32,000 nucleotides of DNA from Candidatus Arthromitus sp. SFB-rat-Yit (GTDB lineage Bacteria > Bacillota > Clostridia > Clostridiales > Clostridiaceae): the NCBI RefSeq assembly GCF_000283555.1, contig NC_016012.1, positions 330,001 through 362,000 of the forward strand, written 5' to 3'. Below the pieces are notes generated by a model, which searched no databases, was not told the DNA's origin, and saw only the letters and a list, made by a program, of their open reading frames with translations. Made by a program: the position numbers and the translations under genes. Shown here in pieces: positions 9,657-18,775 of the stretch (position 1 is the first letter of the stretch; each line of letters opens with the position of its first letter).

Positions 9657-9688
9657 GAACTGTGTATTAACACAGTTCCTATTTTAAT
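9652..9688. terminator. Bidirectional intrinsic terminator between convergent genes
   Basis: Perfect 13-bp stem AATAGGAACTGTG / CACAGTTCCTATT, loop TATTAA. Flanked by AAAAAG on the left and TTTTAATT on the right. Confidence 0.75.
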
Positions 9689-10187
9689 TATGGGTATATT
9701 TAATTAAATGATCTATAATATTAAATAAATTAACCCTGGTATGTAAATTGGATATATTTATTAAATCTGGTTCATACGATCCATCCCATGGATAAATGAT
9801 AATATATTTATCATTCAATATGTCTATAATAAAAGTGCTTTTTTCATTTGAATATACTGTGAGTCTATACTCTGGATTTTCTATGTTTATATCAGATGTT
9901 GAGTAATCTAAAAAGTAATCAGTTTTTAATGAGTTTAGGAATAAATTAATATTTTCCATATATTCTTTGGGAACTGTTTTATTTTTGCCAAGTTTAGAGT
10001 AGAAGATTGAAATTGTTAAATCATCAGAATTATTTATGGTTTTGATTAAGATATTAGTATAGTAATTTTTTGATGGTTTTATAATTTTTAAAGGAGATTT
10101 TAGAGTAGTTATAAAATTTGAGTTACAGCTTAGGGTGAATAGAGGAAACAATAAACATATTAATAAAAATTTAAAATATTTAATCAT
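9684..10187 (-). CDS. Putative lipoprotein of unknown function
   Basis: Track ORF extends to 10250, but the internal ATG at 10187 has an AGAGG RBS and gives MIKYFKFLLICLLFPLFTLSC, a lipoprotein signal with lipobox LFTLSC. Confidence 0.65.
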   Translation of the reverse strand: MIKYFKFLLICLLFPLFTLSCNSNFITTLKSPLKIIKPSKNYYTNILIKTINNSDDLTISIFYSKLGKNKTVPKEYMENINLFLNSLKTDYFLDYSTSDINIENPEYRLTVYSNEKSTFIIDILNDKYIIIYPWDGSYEPDLINISNLHTRVNLFNIIDHLIKYTHN

Positions 10188-10281
10188 AATTTTACCTCTA
10201 ATATTTTTAATTATATTAAGTATTTCTTTTATTCTAAAGTTATGTTTCAAAAAAAATATTATGATAAAAATATATAAATTA

Positions 10282-10310
10282 TTGAAAAATAATAATTATT
10301 GTGATATAAT
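10282..10310 (+). promoter_or_regulatory. Strong sigma-A promoter for tRNA-Leu
   Basis: TTGAAA - 17 nt - TATAAT, ending 19 nt before the mature tRNA 5' end. Confidence 0.8.
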
Positions 10311-10329
10311 CAGTTGTGTTATTTAGTAT

Positions 10330-10412
10330 GCCGCTGTGGCGGAACTGGCAGACGCATACGACTCAAAATCGTACGGGAAACCATATGGGTTCGAGTCCCA
10401 TCAGCGGTACCA
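10330..10412 (+). tRNA. tRNA-Leu (anticodon CAA), CCA encoded
   Basis: Acceptor GCCGCTG / CAGCGGT; anticodon stem-loop TACGA-CTCAAAA-TCGTA; variable arm; T arm ATGGG-TTCGAGT-CCCAT; discriminator A then CCA. Confidence 0.95.
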
Positions 10413-10417
10413 TAGTT

Positions 10418-10457
10418 AAAAGAGAAGACTACTTTGATAGGGTCTTCTCTTTTTTTA
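10418..10457. terminator. Intrinsic terminator of tRNA-Leu, overlapping the 3' end of the convergent tetR gene
   Basis: AGAGAAGAC (10421-10429) / GTCTTCTCT (10442-10450) extended by A-T pairs, followed by TTTTTTT. Confidence 0.8.
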
Positions 10458-11019
10458 TGTAATTATCTATTTTTGTAAATATATTGTTTGTTAACATGTC
10501 CTCCAGTAAATTAGCCATTTCTAACGAAGTCATTTCTGATTGATTTCTGATCCATCTACTTATAACTGAAATTATTGCAGATAAATAAAAATCCAGTATA
10601 TATTCAGCTCTAATATTATTTTTAGGAAGATTAAATGTATCCATGCATGAATTAAATAGTTCCTTTTTTAATCGATCTTTAAAATGAGCACTATTTTGGT
10701 TGCTGAGGAGAACTTTTATATATGATTCCCAATTTTCGTAAATATTTAAAAATGTATTTATAAATTGCTTGCTAGGGTTTTCTTTTTTTATATCTATTAT
10801 AATGTTTTGTTTAACATAGCGTATGCTCGAGTTTTCTATGTGATCTAAAACATCGTAGATGTCGCTGAAGTAATTATAAAATGTAGTTCTGTTATATCCA
10901 GCAGTATCTGTTAATTCACGTATTGAAATTTTCTCTATTGGTTTTTTCATATAGAGTTTACAAAAAGAAATTATAAATGAATTTTTTGTTTCGTTAGTTA
11001 CATCCTGTTGTTTTTTCAT
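10429..11019 (-). CDS. TetR/AcrR family transcriptional regulator
   Basis: 196 aa; N-terminal HTH FCKLYMKKPIEKISIRELTDTAGYNRTTFYNYFSDIYDVLDHIE; divergent from oleate hydratase; RBS upstream. Confidence 0.88.
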   Translation of the reverse strand: MKKQQDVTNETKNSFIISFCKLYMKKPIEKISIRELTDTAGYNRTTFYNYFSDIYDVLDHIENSSIRYVKQNIIIDIKKENPSKQFINTFLNIYENWESYIKVLLSNQNSAHFKDRLKKELFNSCMDTFNLPKNNIRAEYILDFYLSAIISVISRWIRNQSEMTSLEMANLLEDMLTNNIFTKIDNYIKKEKTLSK

Positions 11020-11047
11020 ATTATATTCCTCCTTAAGTTTTAAACAA

Positions 11048-11067
11048 AATGGACATGATTGTCCATT
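11048..11067. promoter_or_regulatory. Candidate TetR operator in the tetR/ohyA divergent intergenic region
   Basis: Perfect inverted repeat AATGGACA-TGAT-TGTCCATT with 8-bp arms. Confidence 0.55.
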
Positions 11068-11137
11068 GATGAGATTAGGCTGATAATGTAATAATTATAT
11101 ATAATTAATTATGTAATTAACAGGAGGTTACAAAGTA

Positions 11138-12913
11138 ATGTATTATTCAAGTGGAAATTATGAGGCATTTGCAAGGCCTATTAAACCTGAGGGTGTTGAT
11201 AATAAATCTGCGTATCTTATTGGATCGGGTCTTGCATCTTTAGTAGCTGCATTTTATCTTGTTCGTGATGCTCAAATGAAAGGAGAAAATATCCATATAC
11301 TTGAAAAAGATCCAATTCCTGGAGGAGCGTGTGATGGATTCGATTATAAAGGTATTGGATATGTAATGAGAGGAGGACGTGAAATAGATAATCATTATGA
11401 AATACTTTGGGATGTATTTAGATCCGTACCTTCTATTGAGATTGAAGGAGCATCAGTTCTAGATGAGTTCTATTGGCTTGATAAGAAAGATCCAAATTAT
11501 TCTTTGAGACGTGCTACCGTAAATAGAGGTGAAGACGCAAAAATGGAGAATAAATTTGGATTATCAGATAAGGCATCATTACAAATAATGAAATTATTTT
11601 TTACTCCAGACGAAGACTTATACGATAAACCTATAACTGATTATTTTGATGATGAGGTTTTAAAATCTAATTTTTGGTTATATTGGAGAACTATGTTTGC
11701 ATTTCAAAACTGGCATAGTGCATTAGAGATGAAATTATATATAAAGAGATTTATACATCATATAGGAGGAATGCCAGATTTTAAAGCTGTAAGATTTACT
11801 AGGCGTAATCAATATGAATCAATGATTCTTCCTCTTATCAAATATTTGGAGTCTCATAATGTTGATTTTCAATATAATACTAAGGTAGTTGATGTTGAAT
11901 TTGATATTCAGCCGCACAAAAAGCAAGCAACTTCGATAAAAATATTGAGAGATGGTAATGAAGAAGAAATAAAATTAACTGAAAATGATTTATTGTTTAT
12001 AACAAACGGTGGATGTGTTGAAAATTCATCAATTGGTTCTCAAAATACTCCAGCAGTACTTAATTCTGAGATTAAAGAAGGTGGTGGCTGGGATATGTGG
12101 AGAAGAATCTCAGTTAAAGATCCATCATTTGGTAATCCTGATAAATTTTGTTATGATGCTGAAAAAAGTAACTGGATGAGTGCAACAGTTACAGTACTTG
12201 ATGATAAAATTGTTCCTTATATAAGAAATATTTGTCAACGTGATCCATTTTCAGGAAGAGTTGTAACAGGAGGAATTGTTACTGTAAAAGACTCTAAATG
12301 GTTACTTAGTTGGACATTTAATCGTCAACCTCAATTTAGAGAACAACCTAAGGGTCAATTAGTTGGGTGGATTTATGGACTATTTAGTGATGTAGCTGGA
12401 GATTATGTAAAGAAACCTATGAGAGATTGTACTGGTAAAGAAATTTGTATGGAGTGGTTATATCATTTAGGTGTTCCTGAAGATCAAATAGAGGATTTAG
12501 CTGAGAATCATGCTAATACTGTTCCTTGTATGATGCCTTATATTACTGCATTTTTCATGCCAAGATCTAAAGGAGATAGGCCTAATGTTGTACCAACGGG
12601 ATCTGTAAACTTTGCATTTATTGGACAATTTGCTGAAACTGAAAGAGATACAATTTTTACGATAGAGTATTCAGCAAGAACTGGTATGGAATCTGTATAT
12701 ACTTTATTAAATGTTGACCGTGGGGTTCCAGAAGTTTGGGGAAGTACCTTTGATATAAGAGATTTAGTAAATGCAACTTATTGTATGAGAGATGGTAAGA
12801 AGATTACAGATATGAAATTGGGATTTAAGGAAAATATCGCATTAAAGGAATTACTTAAGAAGATATCTGGAACTGATGTTGAGAAGTTGTTGAAAGAATA
12901 TAAATTAATATAG
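11138..12913 (+). CDS. ohyA: Oleate hydratase (myosin-cross-reactive antigen family, FAD-dependent)
   Basis: 591 aa; YLIGSGLASLVAAFYLVRDAQMKGENIHILEKDPIPGGACDG, GYVMRGGREIDNHYE, NGGCVENSS and PYITAFFMPRSKGDRP. Confidence 0.95.
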   Translation: MYYSSGNYEAFARPIKPEGVDNKSAYLIGSGLASLVAAFYLVRDAQMKGENIHILEKDPIPGGACDGFDYKGIGYVMRGGREIDNHYEILWDVFRSVPSIEIEGASVLDEFYWLDKKDPNYSLRRATVNRGEDAKMENKFGLSDKASLQIMKLFFTPDEDLYDKPITDYFDDEVLKSNFWLYWRTMFAFQNWHSALEMKLYIKRFIHHIGGMPDFKAVRFTRRNQYESMILPLIKYLESHNVDFQYNTKVVDVEFDIQPHKKQATSIKILRDGNEEEIKLTENDLLFITNGGCVENSSIGSQNTPAVLNSEIKEGGGWDMWRRISVKDPSFGNPDKFCYDAEKSNWMSATVTVLDDKIVPYIRNICQRDPFSGRVVTGGIVTVKDSKWLLSWTFNRQPQFREQPKGQLVGWIYGLFSDVAGDYVKKPMRDCTGKEICMEWLYHLGVPEDQIEDLAENHANTVPCMMPYITAFFMPRSKGDRPNVVPTGSVNFAFIGQFAETERDTIFTIEYSARTGMESVYTLLNVDRGVPEVWGSTFDIRDLVNATYCMRDGKKITDMKLGFKENIALKELLKKISGTDVEKLLKEYKLI

Positions 12914-12925
12914 AACATATATTCT

Positions 12926-12957
12926 GGGTAGTACTTATGTGCTACCTTTTTTATTTT
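12926..12957 (+). terminator. Intrinsic terminator after ohyA
   Basis: GGTAGTAC-TTAT-GTGCTACC (8 bp, one wobble) followed by TTTTTTATTTT. Confidence 0.75.
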
Positions 12958-13054
12958 AAGATTGGAAATATATTGAAAACTATTGATTTATGTTTAAAAA
13001 TAATTAAAGATATATGTAATATTAATTATAAAAATAAAGATTGAGGTATTTTGC

Positions 13055-14056
13055 ATGAAGAACATATTGGTTACAGGTGCTACTGGTTTTATTGGTAGTC
13101 ATACAAGTGTTGAACTTCTAGAAAATGGGTATAATGTAATAGGTATAGATAATTTATATAATTCATATAAAGATGTCTTATTAAAAATAGAGAAGATTAC
13201 GAAAAAAAGTATCAAGTTTTATGAAGGGGATATTTTAGATTATACTCTTTTAAAAAAAATATTTAAGGAAAATAGAATAGATTGTGTTATACATTTTGCA
13301 GCACTTAAGGCTGTAGGAGAGTCTGTTGAAAAACCTATGGAATATTATTATAATAATGTTTCGGGAACTTTAAACGTTTTAAATTGCATGAAAGAATTTG
13401 ATTGTAAGAATTTTATTTATTCATCTTCTGCAACTGTGTATGATAAGGATAATTCTATTCCTTATTTAGAGAATTATAAAAAATCTGCAACAAGTCCTTA
13501 TGGATATACAAAAATTATGATTGAACAAGTATTAAATGATATTTATGTAGCCGATAACGATTTTAGTTGTGTTATGCTTAGGTATTTTAATCCAATTGGA
13601 GCTCATAAGAGTGCTTTAATAGGAGAAAATCCAAAAGGTATACCAAATAATTTGATGCCTTATATATGCGATGTTGCGATGTCTAAGAGGAAATTTTTGA
13701 ATGTATTTGGAAATGATTATGATACTATAGATGGAACAGGTGTTCGTGATTATGTTCATGTTGTTGATGTAGCTAAGGGTCATGTGGAAGCTATGAAATA
13801 TGTTTTAGTATCGAGAGGGAACATAGGCATTAATTTGGGTACAGGAAAGGGAACAAGTGTTCTTGAGCTTGTTAAGTGTTTTGAAAAAGTTAGTGGTAAG
13901 AAAATAAATTTTAAAATATGCCCAAGGAGAGATGGTGATATTGGAGAATTTTATGCAGATACAAATAAGGCTAAGGAAATTTTAGGGTGGGAATCTAAAT
14001 TTGATATAGAGGATATGTGTTTAGATTCATGGAATTATATTAGATTTAATACTTAG
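13055..14056 (+). CDS. galE: UDP-glucose 4-epimerase
   Basis: 333 aa extended SDR; VTGATGFIGSHTSVELLENGYNVIGIDNLYNS, YSSSATVYD, YGYTKIMIEQ, RYFNPIGAH and NLGTGKGTSVLELV. Confidence 0.95.
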   Translation: MKNILVTGATGFIGSHTSVELLENGYNVIGIDNLYNSYKDVLLKIEKITKKSIKFYEGDILDYTLLKKIFKENRIDCVIHFAALKAVGESVEKPMEYYYNNVSGTLNVLNCMKEFDCKNFIYSSSATVYDKDNSIPYLENYKKSATSPYGYTKIMIEQVLNDIYVADNDFSCVMLRYFNPIGAHKSALIGENPKGIPNNLMPYICDVAMSKRKFLNVFGNDYDTIDGTGVRDYVHVVDVAKGHVEAMKYVLVSRGNIGINLGTGKGTSVLELVKCFEKVSGKKINFKICPRRDGDIGEFYADTNKAKEILGWESKFDIEDMCLDSWNYIRFNT

Positions 14057-14107
14057 TTTAGATATGATTTTATAATTAAGTTAAAACTATTTTAGAGGAG
14101 GAAAAAA

Positions 14108-15166
14108 TTGGATAATATAAATAAAAAGAAGGAATTTATTATTAAATTTATATATTTTTTAATAATATTAGGTATTATATTTTTCATATTTAAATATGCT
14201 CTACCACTATTATCTCCATTTATTTTTGCATTTTTAATTTCTATGGCTCTAAAAAGGCCAGTTGATTATATATCAACTAAGTTTAAAATAAATAGGAAAA
14301 TTATCGGTGTCATAATGTTATTATTTGTATATATATTCATTTGTATAATATTAATATTTTTTGGAACTAAAATATTTCAGTATATTGGAGGTATTTTCCA
14401 AAAATTACCTGATATATATACGTTTAACGTAGAGCCTGCACTGAATATTATCATATATAAAATACAAGATATAATACCTGATATAGCTAATTTCATTAAT
14501 TTAGAGGATATAAATAAATATATAATGAATATTGTTAATTTAATCTCTTTATCAGCGGTTGATGCAATTACATCTATTGCAACCAAGATACCATCTTTTT
14601 TGGTAAAATTTATTTTTGCAATAATCTCATCGTTTTTATTTACTTTAGATTATTATAGATTTACTGGATTTGTAATGAGGCAATTCCCAGAGCGTATACA
14701 GCATATAATTTTAAATATAAAAAGAAATATTTTTGGTACTATATTTAGACTTATAAAGGCTTATTCTATATTATTGACGTTAACATTTATTGAGCTTAGT
14801 ATAGGGCTTATTATTTTTAATATACCAAATGCTATATTACTTGCAATTGTCATAGCGATTTTAGATATTTTACCGGCGATCGGAGTTGGAGGTATACTTA
14901 TACCTTGGGCTGTAATTGAATTGATGAAAGGAAATTATAATTTAGCAATAGGATTAATTGTTATTTATGCAATTATTACAATAATTAGATATATATTAGA
15001 GCCTAAAATTGTCGGCAACCAAATAGGACTTAATCCAATTGTTACTATTATAAGTATGTTTCTCGGAGCACAATTGCTTGGATTTTTAGGTATATTTATT
15101 CTTCCTATAATTGTAACGATTATAAAATATTTAAATGACACTGGAACAATTAAAGTATTTAAGTAA
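14108..15166 (+). CDS. AI-2E family transporter / YtvI-like sporulation-type membrane protein
   Basis: 352 aa, TTG start. Polytopic with ALPLLSPFIFAFLISMALKRPV, NIPNAILLAIVIAILDILPAIGVGGILIPWAVIELMKG and EPKIVGNQIGLNPI. Confidence 0.85.
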   Translation: MDNINKKKEFIIKFIYFLIILGIIFFIFKYALPLLSPFIFAFLISMALKRPVDYISTKFKINRKIIGVIMLLFVYIFICIILIFFGTKIFQYIGGIFQKLPDIYTFNVEPALNIIIYKIQDIIPDIANFINLEDINKYIMNIVNLISLSAVDAITSIATKIPSFLVKFIFAIISSFLFTLDYYRFTGFVMRQFPERIQHIILNIKRNIFGTIFRLIKAYSILLTLTFIELSIGLIIFNIPNAILLAIVIAILDILPAIGVGGILIPWAVIELMKGNYNLAIGLIVIYAIITIIRYILEPKIVGNQIGLNPIVTIISMFLGAQLLGFLGIFILPIIVTIIKYLNDTGTIKVFK

Positions 15167-15203
15167 CTTTATTAATTTTAATTTTTATTAGGGGTGGTTA
15201 GTT

Positions 15204-15458
15204 TTGAATAAGGATGATTCTTTGCTATTTAAGATTTTCAATTTTAAAAAAACATGCACAAATGTTGATGGATTAATTGGGAAAACGGCATTAGTTACTA
15301 AAGACATTGATAATATTCAATCGACCGGAGAAGTACGTATTAATTATGATTATTGGGGAGCCATAAATTATGATGGAGATAAAATTATAACTAAAGGAAC
15401 TAAAGTTGAAATTTTAAATATAAAGGGAGTTAAACTTATAGTAAGAGAAATTAAATAA
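15204..15458 (+). CDS. Small NfeD-like OB-fold protein
   Basis: 84 aa, TTG start; DGLIGKTALVTKDIDNIQSTGEVRINYDYWGAI...TKVEILNIKGVKLIVREI; immediately upstream of an SPFH gene, as is usual for NfeD. Confidence 0.75.
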   Translation: MNKDDSLLFKIFNFKKTCTNVDGLIGKTALVTKDIDNIQSTGEVRINYDYWGAINYDGDKIITKGTKVEILNIKGVKLIVREIK

Positions 15459-15474
15459 GAAGGGGTTTTAAGAA

Positions 15475-16371
15475 GTGGCTTTAATGGTTACTATTTTATT
15501 ATTCATCGTTGTAGTAGCACTAATTTTTGGATGTGCGGTGGTAGTACCGCAGGCCTATATTTATGTAATTGAAAGATTTGGAGCATATTATAAAACTTTT
15601 GAGGTAGGTATACATTTTAGGATACCATTTATAGATAATATAGCTAAAAAAATATCAATTAAAGAGCAGGTAATAGATTTTGATCCTCAACCTGTGATAA
15701 CTAAAGATAATGTAACTATGATGATTGATACTGTGGTATTTTATCAAGTTACTGACCCTAAACTTTATGTATATGGAGTGGAGCATCCTATTTTAGCAAT
15801 AGAAAATTTATCTGTAACGACACTTAGGAATATAATAGGAGATCTCGAATTAGATGAAACTTTAACATCTAGAGATATTGTTAATGGTAAGATGAGATCT
15901 ATATTAGATCAAGCAACGGATTCTTGGGGAATAAAGATAAATAGAGTTGAGCTTAAAAATATAATACCACCACAAGAAATACAAGATTCTATGGAAAAAC
16001 AGATGAAGGCGGAACGTGAAAGAAGAGAGCTTATACTTAGAGCGGAAGGAGAAAAGAAGTCTGCAATACTAAGAGCGGAGGGAGAAAAGGATGCTGACAT
16101 TCTTAGGGCAGAGGGAAAAAAACAAGCTGCAATAAAGGAAGCAGAAGGTAAAGCAGAATCGATATTACGGATTCAAAAGTCACTTGCAGAGAGTATAAAA
16201 TATATGAATGAAGCAAATCCAAGCGATAAGGTATTATCACTTAAAGCATTAGAATCATTAGAAAAAGTTGCAGATGGAAAGGCAACAAAGATAATAATAC
16301 CTTCAGAGATTCAGAATATAGCTTCACTTACAACTTCTTTAGCAGAAATCTATAATTCGACAAAGGAATAA
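15475..16371 (+). CDS. SPFH/Band 7 (stomatin/QmcA-like) membrane protein
   Basis: 298 aa, GTG start; VVPQAYIYVIERFGAYYKTFEVGIHFRIPFID, VKDNVTMMIDTVVFYQVTDP-like core and AEGEKKSAILRAEGEKDADI coiled coil. Confidence 0.93.
   Translation: MALMVTILLFIVVVALIFGCAVVVPQAYIYVIERFGAYYKTFEVGIHFRIPFIDNIAKKISIKEQVIDFDPQPVITKDNVTMMIDTVVFYQVTDPKLYVYGVEHPILAIENLSVTTLRNIIGDLELDETLTSRDIVNGKMRSILDQATDSWGIKINRVELKNIIPPQEIQDSMEKQMKAERERRELILRAEGEKKSAILRAEGEKDADILRAEGKKQAAIKEAEGKAESILRIQKSLAESIKYMNEANPSDKVLSLKALESLEKVADGKATKIIIPSEIQNIASLTTSLAEIYNSTKE
16033..16131 (+). repeat. 33-nt (11-residue) tandem coding repeat in the SPFH coiled coil
   Basis: Three consecutive units encoding ILRAEGEKKSA / ILRAEGEKDAD / ILRAEGKKQAA. 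Confidence 0.8.
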
Positions 16372-16387
16372 TAAAGTGTATTAAGTG

Positions 16388-16422
16388 TCAGCCTATAATT
16401 TTTATAGGTTGATATTTTTTTT
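16388..16422 (+). terminator. Intrinsic terminator after the SPFH gene
   Basis: TCAGCCTATA / TATAGGTTGA 10-bp stem (one wobble), loop ATTTT, then TATTTTTTTT. Confidence 0.75.
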
Positions 16423-16467
16423 GTAAAGTATTATATTTAGAGATATATTTGGAAATGAGGAATTATA

Positions 16468-17295
16468 TTGGACGATTTAAGAAATATTTTAAACGGAATA
16501 ATTTTAGGTATATCTAATATTATTCCTGGGGTTTCTGCGGGAACTATGTTAGTTATTTTAGGTATATATGATAAATTAATAAAATCTATATCGGGTATAT
16601 TTAAAAATTTTAAGAAGAACTTTAGGTTTTTGTTTTTCATAGGACTTGGAATGTTATTGGGTGTATTGCTTTTCAGTAATATTATATCTTATCTTTTAAG
16701 TAGATACCCTTGGCAGATGAATTATTTATTCATAGGACTTATTTTAGGCACGTTTGGTATTTTATTTAAGGCAGTCAAACAGTTTAATCCAAATAAATCA
16801 ACTTATATATTTTTTATAATAACTTTTTTGATTTTAGTGAGTATTAGGTTCGTTAAAGTACCTGAATATAGTCAAAATATTATAACTAATTTGAGCTTTG
16901 AAAATATCATTATAATTTTTATTAGCGGATTTATGGCATCGAGTGCAATGATAATTCCAGGATTAAGTGGATCGTTTATTTTAATAGTTTTTGGCATGTA
17001 TAATTCTGTTATAAAAGCTGTATCTGATCTTAATATTTTGATATTAATTCCATTTGGTATTGGAGTAGTATTAGGATTTTTATTTATGATTAGAGTAGTT
17101 GAGTATCTTTTGAGGGTTTTTGAAGTTCAAACATATATGGCTATACTTGGTTTTGTTGTGGGATCACTTATATTAATTTTTCCAGGATTCGAATTTTCGG
17201 TTGTAGGGTTAACGTGTATAGCATCTTTAATTGTTGGATTTTTAATATCTTATTTTATATGTAAGATTGATAAAGGTAAGGAGCATGCAAAATAA
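16468..17295 (+). CDS. DUF368 domain-containing membrane protein
   Basis: 275 aa, TTG start; LNGIILGISNIIPGVSAGTMLVILGIYDKLI and FISGFMASSAMIIPGLSGSFILIVFGMYNSVI repeats typical of DUF368. Confidence 0.88.
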   Translation: MDDLRNILNGIILGISNIIPGVSAGTMLVILGIYDKLIKSISGIFKNFKKNFRFLFFIGLGMLLGVLLFSNIISYLLSRYPWQMNYLFIGLILGTFGILFKAVKQFNPNKSTYIFFIITFLILVSIRFVKVPEYSQNIITNLSFENIIIIFISGFMASSAMIIPGLSGSFILIVFGMYNSVIKAVSDLNILILIPFGIGVVLGFLFMIRVVEYLLRVFEVQTYMAILGFVVGSLILIFPGFEFSVVGLTCIASLIVGFLISYFICKIDKGKEHAK

Positions 17296-17324
17296 TTATA
17301 TAAATGAATTTATTTTAAAAATTT

Positions 17325-17360
17325 AAAAAGACTACGTCAATTAGAGGCGTAGTCTTTTTT
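17325..17360. terminator. Bidirectional intrinsic terminator between DUF368 and MFS genes
   Basis: AAAAAGACTACG / CGTAGTCTTTTT 12-bp perfect stem with 11-nt loop. The stop codon of the minus-strand MFS gene lies in the loop. Confidence 0.8.
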
Positions 17361-18516
17361 CTTTGAAGGATTTTAAAATTATAAATGATAATATTAGGCT
17401 TATCCCTACTAGTATAAAGGGCAGTTTAAACCATACGTTGAACAATAATCCGGAGAGAATTGAACCTAAAAATGATCCTATTGCTTTGAATCCATTTTGG
17501 AGTCCCAAGAGCTCGCTATGATTTTGATTTGAATTTTCGAGTAAAACTGATTGTATGGTAGGGGTTATTAGAGTTTGCGTTGCTATGAATATTAAAAGAA
17601 ATATGGAGGTTATATATTGATTTTTTGTAAGCATTGAGATTATTATGCTTGATCCACATAATAATATTGCAAACATATATATTGATTTTGAGTTAAATTT
17701 TTTTACAATAATAGGGATTATTAATAAATTTGTAATTATAGTAAATGCACCTGTTGATCCAAGTATAAGTCCGTTTATGCTTGTTGGTAGATTTAAAACA
17801 TCCTCAACGTAATAACTGATTGTAGATAAGTATCCTTGAATGGATAAGAAGGTTAAAATCATTATAATTAGTATTAAGTATGTGAATTTATTTGATTTTT
17901 TGATTTCTTTTAAGTATTTAAAGTTTAAGATTTTAAATTTAAATTTCAAATCATTATTTTTTATAGTATTGTCTTTAAAGAATATGATTATAAGAATTAT
18001 AGAGAATACACATATTATTATTTGAACAATGAAAGTTAATCTATAGTTGGTTACACCTAAATTTCCACCAATTAAGGATCCGATTATCATACCTAAACTA
18101 TTGGAAGCATTAAAGTAAGAAAACCTTTTTAACTTAAGATCATTTGGAGTTATGGATGATACATAGGACATACTTGATACAAAGTAACCTGCAATAAATA
18201 TTCCTGATATGATTCTTGCAATGAGTACATTTATGGAATTTGGGAAGAATCCAAATACTATTTGTCCTATAGTATATCCTATAAGAGATATTATCATAGG
18301 AATTTTTTTACCATATATGTTGCATATTACACCAAATGTTGGGGATGTGATAAATGTTGATAGATTAAAACATCCAGTGAGCAAACCAAAATAAAATGTA
18401 GGTAAATAATTTTCATTTATAAGTTTTGGAGTTACAGGGTGTGCCATGTTTAATGCTATGTATATAATCAAATTAAGTATAGAAATTTTTACAAACTGTT
18501 TGTTATATTTATCCAA
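17341..18516 (-). CDS. MFS family transporter
   Basis: 391 aa, TTG start with AGGAGG-like RBS. About 12 TM segments; FGVICNIYGKKIPMIISLIGYTIGQ cytoplasmic-loop motif. Confidence 0.85.
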   Translation of the reverse strand: MDKYNKQFVKISILNLIIYIALNMAHPVTPKLINENYLPTFYFGLLTGCFNLSTFITSPTFGVICNIYGKKIPMIISLIGYTIGQIVFGFFPNSINVLIARIISGIFIAGYFVSSMSYVSSITPNDLKLKRFSYFNASNSLGMIIGSLIGGNLGVTNYRLTFIVQIIICVFSIILIIIFFKDNTIKNNDLKFKFKILNFKYLKEIKKSNKFTYLILIIMILTFLSIQGYLSTISYYVEDVLNLPTSINGLILGSTGAFTIITNLLIIPIIVKKFNSKSIYMFAILLCGSSIIISMLTKNQYITSIFLLIFIATQTLITPTIQSVLLENSNQNHSELLGLQNGFKAIGSFLGSILSGLLFNVWFKLPFILVGISLILSFIILKSFKEKRLRL

Positions 18517-18775
18517 TCGTGATTCCTCCTAAAATAATTATGGAAGTTATTATATATTATCATAAAAAAATTGATAACTATATGATTTTAGGAGTAATAT
18601 ATTTTTAAAAAATTTTTTTAAAAAGTAAAACTAATTAGTGGTTATCCTTATTTAAATATAGGATATATGCATTTACAATATATGTATATATGATGTAATA
18701 TCATTGGAAGTAGAGGTTTTGATTAATATTTATAGAAATGCGAAAAATTATAGAAAAATATGGAGGTTAATTTAA

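Noticed and set aside
10135-10326. 63-aa + strand ORF upstream of tRNA-Leu
   Set aside because: Overlaps the start and RBS region of the minus-strand lipoprotein and the tRNA promoter; low-complexity Asn/Ile/Lys content; no RBS.
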